DNA from: Actinomycetales bacterium
GTDB taxonomy: Bacteria > Actinomycetota > Actinomycetes > Actinomycetales > Quadrisphaeraceae
Assembly: GCA_038243415.1 (NCBI GenBank)
Contig: JBBSRD010000001.1
Coordinates: 1-49,209, forward strand
Reading direction: 5' to 3'
DNA length: 49,209 nucleotides
This document shows, in pieces, positions 42,837 through 49,209 of this stretch (its first letter is position 1; each line of letters opens with the position of its first letter). A program made the position numbers and the translations under genes. The notes below the pieces were generated by a model. It saw nothing but the letters and a program-made list of their open reading frames with translations. It did no database searches and was not told the origin of the DNA.

Positions 42837-44267
42837 TCAGCCGAGCCGGCCCGGGGCCGCGGCGGGACTGTCGACGTCACGAGCCTCCGCGCGCGGCTTC
42901 GTCATCAGGCTGACCAGCACCAGCGCCACCAGCGCCACCGGCAACGAGACGATGATGGCGTTGACGTTCTCGGAGAGCCCCGCGCTCTCCCAGACGAGGG
43001 TCATGACCGTGCCCAGGATCATCGAGGACAGCACCCCGGCCGTCGTCGCGCGCGGCCAGAACAGCACGGCGAAGACGGCGGGGGCGATGGCGACGCCGTA
43101 GACGGTGTATGCGTAGACCTGCAGCGCCAGCACCGAGGGGAAGAACTGCCCGAGCCCGTAGGCAGCCGCGGCGATGACCAGCACGGAGAGCCGGTGGACC
43201 ATGAGGCGCCGGCGGTCTCCCACCTCGTGGCGGGAAAAGCGGGTGTAGAGGTCGTAGACGATGTTCCCGGCGCTGGAGAGCAGGAACGACGAGCCGGTCG
43301 TCACGATGAAGGCGAAGGCCCCCGCCAGGATCAGCCCGCCGACGACGACGGGCACGAGGCCCTCCGAGGCCAGGGCGAGCACGCCGGTGTCGGGGTCGAT
43401 CCCGGGCAGGAGGAAAGAGGCGGCCGAGGCGAGCAGGATCACCGGGATCGTGACGAGGAAGCTGGAGAAGAAGAACCCGATCGTGGAGCTCCTGGCCGTC
43501 CCGGCGTCCTGCGCTGCGGCGAGGCGCTGGTACAGGTTCTGGTCGGCGATGACCAGGAGGAAGAGCGGGAGGAAGTAGCCGAGCATCTGCACGGGGGTCA
43601 GGCCGCCGGAGAACGTGACCATGGGCGCCGCCAGCTGGTCCGCGTAGCTGCCGAACCCGCCCACGTCCTGCACGAACACGTAGCCGAGGGCGATGAAGAG
43701 CGTCACGACGATGACCACCGCCGACATGAAGTCCGTCCACGCGACGGAGAGCAGGCCGCCGCCGACGGCCAGGAAGGCGACGAGCAGCGCCGTCAGCACG
43801 GTCGCCTGGCCCTGGCTGAGCGGGGTGATGAGGCTGAGGATGTAGCCGCCCCCGATGAACTGGTAGGCCACGATTCCGACGTAGGCCAGCACCGTGATGA
43901 CGACGGCGACCATGCGGGTGGTCGTCCCGAAGCGCTCCTCGAGCAGCTCGGGCACCGTGTGCTTGGCGGCCTCGCGGACCTTGCCGGCGATGAGGAAGAG
44001 CACGATGATCCCCACGGGCGTGCCGGCGAAGAAGAAGATCGACGCGAACGGCCCGTAGGTGTAGGCGAAGTTCGCTCCGCCGATGATCGTGCCCGAGCCC
44101 ACCCAGGTGGCGAGCAGCGTGCCGATCAGCACCGGCCGAGGGAGGCGCCTGCCGGCGAACATGAAGTCGTCGGCGCCGGCGACCTGGCTGGCGCGGCTGA
44201 ACCACAGGCCGATCGCCACCATGAGCGCCAGGTAGATGACGAGGACGATGACGTGGACCGTGTTCAC
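42837..44267 (-). CDS. Sodium:solute symporter family transporter
   Basis: 476 aa with ~13 TM helices. N-terminus: IVLVIYLALMVAIGLWFSR...DFMFAGRRLP...TLLATWVGSGTIIG. Confidence 0.9.
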   Translation of the reverse strand: MNTVHVIVLVIYLALMVAIGLWFSRASQVAGADDFMFAGRRLPRPVLIGTLLATWVGSGTIIGGANFAYTYGPFASIFFFAGTPVGIIVLFLIAGKVREAAKHTVPELLEERFGTTTRMVAVVITVLAYVGIVAYQFIGGGYILSLITPLSQGQATVLTALLVAFLAVGGGLLSVAWTDFMSAVVIVVTLFIALGYVFVQDVGGFGSYADQLAAPMVTFSGGLTPVQMLGYFLPLFLLVIADQNLYQRLAAAQDAGTARSSTIGFFFSSFLVTIPVILLASAASFLLPGIDPDTGVLALASEGLVPVVVGGLILAGAFAFIVTTGSSFLLSSAGNIVYDLYTRFSRHEVGDRRRLMVHRLSVLVIAAAAYGLGQFFPSVLALQVYAYTVYGVAIAPAVFAVLFWPRATTAGVLSSMILGTVMTLVWESAGLSENVNAIIVSLPVALVALVLVSLMTKPRAEARDVDSPAAAPGRLG

Positions 44268-44395
44268 GAGGACCTCCGAGCGAGGGGCTCACGATCGAGC
44301 ACGGCGCCGTCGCCGATGTCCGAGTTGACCACATCTGTGACCGCGGGTCCAGGATGGGTGACGGTCGCTACGAGAGCGGCCCGTGACGGACAGGG

Positions 44396-45649
44396 GTGTC
44401 TACGATGACCAGCGACTCGACCGGCTCGGTGCTCGTGACGAACGGGCGGGTGCTCGACGCGGGCCGCGGCGTCTGGACGGAGGCGTCCCGGGTGCTCGTC
44501 CAAGGAGGCCGGGTGATGGCCGTCGGCGGCGACGAGGTCACCGCGCCCGACGACGTGCTGCGCATCGACGCGAACGGCGCCACGGTCATGCCCGGGCTCG
44601 TCGACGCCCACGTCCACGTCACCGCTGCGACCGCGAACCTCGCCGACCAGACCGAGTGGTCCGGGGCCTACGTCACCGCCCACGCCGCCGGGATCATGGC
44701 GGGGATGCTCGCGCGCGGCTTCACGTCCGTGCGCGACGTCGGGGGAGCGGACCACGGCCTGGCCGCCGCGGTCGACGAGGGGCTGCTGCCCGGGCCCCGG
44801 CTCTTCTTCGGCGGCAAGGCGCTGAGCCAGACCGGCGGTCACGGCGACGGGCGCGGCCCGGGGCGCACCGCAGTCCTCGACACCTCGTGCAGCCACGGGC
44901 TCTCGCTGGTGTGCGACGGGGCCGATGCCTTCCGCCTCGCGGCCCGCGAGCAGCTCCGCACCGGGGCCCACCACGTCAAGATCATGCTGTCCGGAGGGGT
45001 CGCCTCACCGACCGACCGGGTGGACTCCACGCAGAGCAGCGACGACGAGATCCGCGCCGTCGTCGAGGAGGCGGCTGCGCAGAACCGCTACGTCACCGGG
45101 CACGCCTACACCGCGCGGGCCGTCAACCGCGGCCTGCGCCTGGGGGTGCGCGGGATCGAGCACGGCAACCTCATCGACGCCGAGAGCCTGGAGCTGTTCC
45201 TCGAGCACGGGGCGTTCTTGATCCCCACGCTCGTGACCTATCAGAACCTCGCCCGGGAGGGCGCTGAGTTCGGTCTGCCGCCAGCGAGCGTCGCCAAGGT
45301 CGCCGACGTGCTCGACGCCGGCCTCGACGCGCTGGATCGGGCGACGAGGGCGGGGGTGGACGTCGTCTTCGGCACCGACCTGCTGGGGGGCATGCACCGT
45401 CACCAGAGCGAAGAGTTCGCCATCCGCGCGCAGGTCCAGTCCAGCGAGCAGGTGCTGGCCTCAGCCACGACGACCGCCGCGCGGCTGCTGCAGCGAGGCG
45501 GCGAGATCGGCGTGCTGGAGCCCGGTGCGCTGGGGGACCTGCTCGTCGTCGACGGCGACCCGCTGGACGACGTCACGGTGCTCGCGCGCCCGGAGGAGAA
45601 CCTGCGGGTGGTGGTGCAGAACGGTCGGGTGGTCCACGACCGTCGGTGA
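44396..45649 (+). CDS. Metal-dependent amidohydrolase family protein
   Basis: PGLVDAHVHV (HxH)...HVKIMLSGGV...VTGHAYT...IEHGNLI...FGTDL. The start may be the ATG at 44405. Confidence 0.85.
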   Translation: MSTMTSDSTGSVLVTNGRVLDAGRGVWTEASRVLVQGGRVMAVGGDEVTAPDDVLRIDANGATVMPGLVDAHVHVTAATANLADQTEWSGAYVTAHAAGIMAGMLARGFTSVRDVGGADHGLAAAVDEGLLPGPRLFFGGKALSQTGGHGDGRGPGRTAVLDTSCSHGLSLVCDGADAFRLAAREQLRTGAHHVKIMLSGGVASPTDRVDSTQSSDDEIRAVVEEAAAQNRYVTGHAYTARAVNRGLRLGVRGIEHGNLIDAESLELFLEHGAFLIPTLVTYQNLAREGAEFGLPPASVAKVADVLDAGLDALDRATRAGVDVVFGTDLLGGMHRHQSEEFAIRAQVQSSEQVLASATTTAARLLQRGGEIGVLEPGALGDLLVVDGDPLDDVTVLARPEENLRVVVQNGRVVHDRR

Positions 45650-45682
45650 CCAGGCCCACCTCTCGAGGTGTTCGCGGCCCCT

Positions 45683-46972
45683 CTACGGCCTGGAGGGGAC
45701 GGCGTCGCCGAGGCTCCTCCGGTACTCGTGCGTGGTCCCGATCAGCACCTTGTCGCTGATCGTCGACTCGACCTCCCCGGGCGACCGGTACGCGACCTCA
45801 CCGCGGTTCGGCTGCCGCCCGAGCAGGTCGTCGTAGGTCAGGCCGACGGGCCGGGTGACGGCCTCGGGCGGGTGGTACATCTCGCGCAGCGCCGCCAGGC
45901 GTCCAACGGTGCGGACCCGCCCCGTCCAGTACCGCGCGTCGGGGTCGAAGGGGCGGTCCAGGAACTCGTCGTACCACGCGGTGATCAGCAGCTCACGGTC
46001 CCGCTCGGAGCCCCGGGGGGCGAACCAGGCCAGGGTGCTCCGGTACCTGACGTGGGATCCGTCGCTCGGCACGGTGACGTCGACGTCGACGGCGATGTCC
46101 TCGCGCGGGTCGGCGCCGTCCGTCGCGTTCGCGGTGATCCGCGGCTCGAAGACGACGCGGTCGCGTCCGGACGCGACCACCGGCGCCTGCACCGCGCGGC
46201 CGTCGGCGGTGACCGCAGCGGTGGCGCCGGTGAGGTCGCGCCCCTCCTGCTGCTGCGGCACCGACCAGCGGGCGGGCGCCTCGAGCCGGGGGAGGTGGCC
46301 CCGCGGGGGCCGCAGCACGATGCCCTGGCCCTCCCTGGACGGGCCGTCGGGCGAGGGGGGGACGGCCACGGAGACGGCCAGGCTGTCGGCTGGACCGCCC
46401 TGGTAGGGCATGGCCCCGATCCCGACGGTGCGCAGCGCCGGGGCCAGCAGACCGGCGCGCCGGCTCACGGAGGCGTCGTCGGGCTCGGCGTTCTCGACGA
46501 GGCGGTCCACGCCGGCTGCCCCGTGAGCACCCAGCGTCGTGAGGGACTCGCTGGGGCCAGCGGCTCCCTCGGGGCTCCAGCACCGCCAGCCCTGCGGCGG
46601 GTCGCCACCGACCTGCCCCTGCGCCGAGATGATCAGAGCAGCGGCCTGGGCCCGGGCGGACCGCGCCGGGTCGACCGCGAGCGAGGCGTCGACGCCGGCC
46701 ATGGCCCGGTCGAAGGACACCCGGTCCGTGACCGCCCGCTCGTACTCCGGGCTAAGGGCGACGTTCTGGCAGCGCGAGGCGAAGCCGACGGGCGTGTAGA
46801 TCCACGGGTCCTTCGACAGCTCGTCCCACCACGCGTCCATCACGGCGTCGCGCGCGCCCGTGTCCGTCCATCCCGGTGCGGCGGCTCCGGTGCTCGGCAG
46901 CGCGGTGACCAGCAGCGCCCCGGTCAGGGCCGTCGCGGCGACGGCGCGGGGGAGGGACGGGCGGCGGGTCAT
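45683..46972 (-). CDS. Secreted protein: CAP/SCP-like region plus C-terminal DUF4214-like repeats
   Basis: Signal peptide MTRRPSLPRAVAATALTGALLVTALPSTGAAA. A..RAQAAALIISAQGQVGGDPP...SRRAGLLAPALRTVGIGAM is CAP-like. AWYDEFLDRPFDPDARYWTGRV and TYDDLLGRQPNRGEVAY are DUF4214-like. Confidence 0.55.
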   Translation of the reverse strand: MTRRPSLPRAVAATALTGALLVTALPSTGAAAPGWTDTGARDAVMDAWWDELSKDPWIYTPVGFASRCQNVALSPEYERAVTDRVSFDRAMAGVDASLAVDPARSARAQAAALIISAQGQVGGDPPQGWRCWSPEGAAGPSESLTTLGAHGAAGVDRLVENAEPDDASVSRRAGLLAPALRTVGIGAMPYQGGPADSLAVSVAVPPSPDGPSREGQGIVLRPPRGHLPRLEAPARWSVPQQQEGRDLTGATAAVTADGRAVQAPVVASGRDRVVFEPRITANATDGADPREDIAVDVDVTVPSDGSHVRYRSTLAWFAPRGSERDRELLITAWYDEFLDRPFDPDARYWTGRVRTVGRLAALREMYHPPEAVTRPVGLTYDDLLGRQPNRGEVAYRSPGEVESTISDKVLIGTTHEYRRSLGDAVPSRP

Positions 46973-47374
46973 GACGCCACGGTGGGAGCGGTCGGGGCCC
47001 GGGGCGGCCTGGAGGCGCTGGACCTGCCGAGCGTCGTGGCGTCACCGGCGCGGCGATGGCTGACCACGGACTCCACCCTGACCCGCGACGGCCCCGCGGC
47101 TCGACTTGCGCTCAGCGATGGACTCGGAGGGGGGCAGCGCGAGTTGGCCGGCGAACCGCCTTCCCATGAGCATCGGCGTGGGCCATGATGACCGGGTGTG
47201 ACATCGCCGGACGGGAGGCGCACGGCCATGGCGATCGGACTCGCTCTGATGGTGCGGGCAGCGCCGCTCCACGTGCTCGGTGTGTCGTGAACGCGGACGG
47301 TACCTGCGACCAGCTCTCCGCCGACGACCACGACGGCGTCGACCTTGTCCACTGGAGCGGCGTCCCCGTGGGCC

Positions 47375-47485
47375 ATGGTGTCCGAAAACCTGGGCCAGCG
47401 TCCCTCAACGGCTGGCCGGGCGCGGGAGATCTACGAGAAGGTGCTCGAAGAAAACTCAGAGAACGTTGAATCGCTGTGCGCCTGA
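47375..47485 (+). CDS. Possible 36-codon ORF (MVSENLGQRPSTAGRAREIYEKVLEENSENVESLCA), TPR-fragment-like
   Basis: Not in the ORF track. Its stop shares a nucleotide with the next ATG (TGATG at 47483-47487). It uses A/T-ending codons, which are unusual for this window. It may be a gene remnant rather than a functional ORF. Confidence 0.25.
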   Translation: MVSENLGQRPSTAGRAREIYEKVLEENSENVESLCA

Positions 47486-49209
47486 TGCTGGTGGTTGCCG
47501 CGCCAGGCAGTTTCGGCGAGAGGGTCAAACAGGGCTGGTCGGCGTTCAGCGTGTCGGTGATCGATCCTTGGCAGACGATCCTGCTGCCGGTGCTGGCGGT
47601 GGTGCTGGTCCTGCTGGTCGCTGCGCGGCTCCTGACCAGCCGGGTGGTGCCTGGCAGCACGCCTGCCGTACCAGCCTCGCGCCGCCGCACAGCGGGCGGG
47701 GCGGGAACTGCTCTGGTGCTCGCTGCAGCCGCCGTCGTGCCGATCTGGGCGATAGCGCAGGAGGGCGGCGGACGTGCGCTCGCCTGGGCCTTGTTCGGCG
47801 TGATGGGAGCCGTCCTGATCCTCGTGGGGATGGTGTGCGCCTCGCCGTCCGAGCGGTCCGTCGACGATCACGAGCAGAAACCCGCTGACGATGGCGCGAG
47901 GCAAGCCACGACAGGGCGCCATGGCCGCCTCATGGTCGCTTCGTGGCAGGTGGCTCTGGTCTTCCTCGCGGTCACCACCTTGTTCGCCGCCCTGCTCGTG
48001 GGCTTGGCAGACCTTGACCTCGGGGTTCCGGACGGGCTTCCCTGGTTGCTGTCGGCCGTCTTGGGGGCGGGTGGGGTGCTCATCCTGGCTGCGGCGCAGG
48101 GTCAGCAACTGAGGGTGCAGCTGGCCGTGAACGACGTGAAGGGCGCCGTCGATCTGAACAGCACGGCGTGCCTGACCGGCCAGCTGTACCGGCTGGGCAG
48201 CGAGGGGCCCCGCGGGTTCCGCGTCGCTGCCGGCACGGACGTCACAGCCCTCCCGGACGGCGCGCTCACGTCGCTGCCCGAAGGGAAGCTGGCTGTCGCT
48301 GCGATCACCGCCCTGCGGGCGTTCCTGCCCGTGGTGCCGTGGCGGGCGACCGTGAGCCTGATGGACGACTCGACCGCCGACCTCGCCATCACCCGCAACC
48401 GGGCCAGGATGGACGACGACAGCCGCCTGATCCGACGCTCAGACCTCGGGTTGCCGCCGCTGGAGAACGACGCGTCCGAGCACGACAAGAGCGTGGCGCG
48501 CGAAGAGCTGCTCGTCGCGGCAGCAGCCGCGATCCTGCTGGCGTTGAAGAAGGGCCACCCGGACCTGGCGTACGGGCTCTGCGGTGCGAGCGACTACCGG
48601 GCGGTAGCGCTGCAGTACATCGCCTCGACGATGCCCCGGGGGGCACCGTCCAAGCGGCGCAACCTGCTGTACCGGGCTGTCGCACTGGACCCGCACAACG
48701 ACCTCGCGCGGCTGTCCTGGCTGAGCGACGAGGTGCCTCTCCCCCCGCGCACCTGGGAGCATGTGGCACAGGCACTCGACCTGATGGACAAGGGTCTCGT
48801 CACCAGGGGAAAGATCGCCGGACCTCCCACCGCTGTGAAAGCAGCCGGTGGCGGACAGGTCGATGTCGCGACGGAGGCCGGAGGTACTGACAAGGAGAAG
48901 GGGTATGAGGCCCTGGGGATGCGCCTCGCGTACAACCGAACAGTGGCGTGGCTGAATGCCTGCACCCACCAGCGCGGGTGCACCGAGCTGAAACATGTGA
49001 CGCGAGCGTTGGGCGACCTCAGGAAGCGTCTGGTCGACCGTGAGAAGAAGGCGCCGATCCTTGCCCGGCAGTTGACGGCCAACCTTCCGTATCTGGAGGC
49101 CAACCTGGCGGTTCTCCGAAAGCCTCCACAGGCCCCCTCCGAGGAGCTGATGGCCAGCGGTTATCTCACGGGTAAGGCGGCGTACGGGCGGGCCTGCGTG
49201 GTGGCCAGC
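47485..49209 (+). CDS. Hypothetical membrane-anchored protein with a helical-repeat (TPR-like) C-terminal region; partial, continues beyond the right edge
   Basis: Not in the ORF track because no stop falls inside the window. I translated all 575 codons by hand and found no stop. It has ~4 N-terminal TM helices (LLPVLAVVLVLLVAARLL, ALVLAAAAVVPIWAI, LAWALFGVMGAVLILVGMV, VALVFLAVTTLFAALLVGL/WLLSAVLGAGGVLILAA), then a soluble region with normal K/E/D/N content. An alternative GTG start lies at 47476. Confidence 0.65.
   Translation, partial: MLVVAAPGSFGERVKQGWSAFSVSVIDPWQTILLPVLAVVLVLLVAARLLTSRVVPGSTPAVPASRRRTAGGAGTALVLAAAAVVPIWAIAQEGGGRALAWALFGVMGAVLILVGMVCASPSERSVDDHEQKPADDGARQATTGRHGRLMVASWQVALVFLAVTTLFAALLVGLADLDLGVPDGLPWLLSAVLGAGGVLILAAAQGQQLRVQLAVNDVKGAVDLNSTACLTGQLYRLGSEGPRGFRVAAGTDVTALPDGALTSLPEGKLAVAAITALRAFLPVVPWRATVSLMDDSTADLAITRNRARMDDDSRLIRRSDLGLPPLENDASEHDKSVAREELLVAAAAAILLALKKGHPDLAYGLCGASDYRAVALQYIASTMPRGAPSKRRNLLYRAVALDPHNDLARLSWLSDEVPLPPRTWEHVAQALDLMDKGLVTRGKIAGPPTAVKAAGGGQVDVATEAGGTDKEKGYEALGMRLAYNRTVAWLNACTHQRGCTELKHVTRALGDLRKRLVDREKKAPILARQLTANLPYLEANLAVLRKPPQAPSEELMASGYLTGKAAYGRACVVAS

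Noticed and set aside
28595-44408. Long antisense ORFs across the sugar regulon and symporter (28559..29191, 29679..31073, 30986..32335, 35120..36664, 35518..37758 upstream part, 37889..39403, 40284..41576, 42567..44408, 42877..44334).
   Set aside because: Same reasoning as above: low-complexity Arg/Asp/Gly/Pro translations opposite, or out of frame with, genes that have textbook motifs.
46973-47374. A region of about 400 nt between the secreted-protein start and the small ORF. It contains listed ORFs 46969..47376(-), 47042..47272(-) and 47185..47469(+), with short protein-like patches (e.g. VDKVDAVVVVGGELVAGTVRVHD).
   Set aside because: Each frame turns into low-complexity sequence within ~40 codons, and none has a recognisable motif or RBS. 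It may hold pseudogene debris at an island boundary, but no feature can be supported.
1-49209. Search for CRISPR arrays, tRNA, rRNA, or integrase/att sites.
   Set aside because: I saw no regularly spaced direct repeats, no cloverleaf-like or rRNA-like segments, and no tyrosine/serine recombinase translations. The only mobile-element signature is the decayed IS at 41.7-42.7 kb.

Overview
This is a high-G+C, gene-dense, actinobacterial-type chromosomal window. All family calls below come from reading translated motifs by eye; no HMM or BLAST search was possible. Seven blocks are visible.

(1) 1-7626, minus strand: a complete lasso-peptide (RiPP) operon. It has two tandem precursor genes that are too short to appear in the ORF track (47 and 50 codons). 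Both share a leader matching Y-x-x-P-x-(L/I)-x3-G-x5-T-x. Downstream lie a perfect 14-bp hairpin, a PqqD-like RRE (B1), an N-terminally short Asn-synthetase-like cyclase (C), a transglutaminase-like protease (B2), an HPr-kinase-like kinase, an ABC exporter and an NTP_transf_5-like nucleotidyltransferase. Most junctions are start/stop overlaps. Glycosyltransferase genes sit directly upstream and downstream in the same orientation. This is my best candidate for the undescribed system: a two-substrate lasso pathway predicted to add a C-terminal phospho and possibly glycosyl modification.

(2) 7658-27408: a Wzx/Wzy-type glycopolymer locus. It holds many GT2 genes, a GT4, a fused Alg14/Alg13-like GT, an acetyltransferase, a pyruvyl transferase, a Wzz-like protein, three paralogous beta-helix proteins, a GT-C membrane protein and a CWB2-repeat wall protein. 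A degenerate toxin-antitoxin-like remnant interrupts it.

(3) 28516-41486: a GntR-controlled sugar uptake and catabolism regulon, marked by two identical 20-nt operator copies.

(4) 41684-42685: a decayed DDE_Tnp_4-type IS carrying two copies of a 28-29 nt palindromic element.

(5) A sodium:solute symporter and an amidohydrolase.

(6) A secreted CAP/DUF4214-like protein.

(7) 47375-49209: a small ORF coupled to an unlisted open reading frame of at least 575 codons with no family I recognise. It runs off the right edge.

No rRNA, tRNA or CRISPR array was seen.
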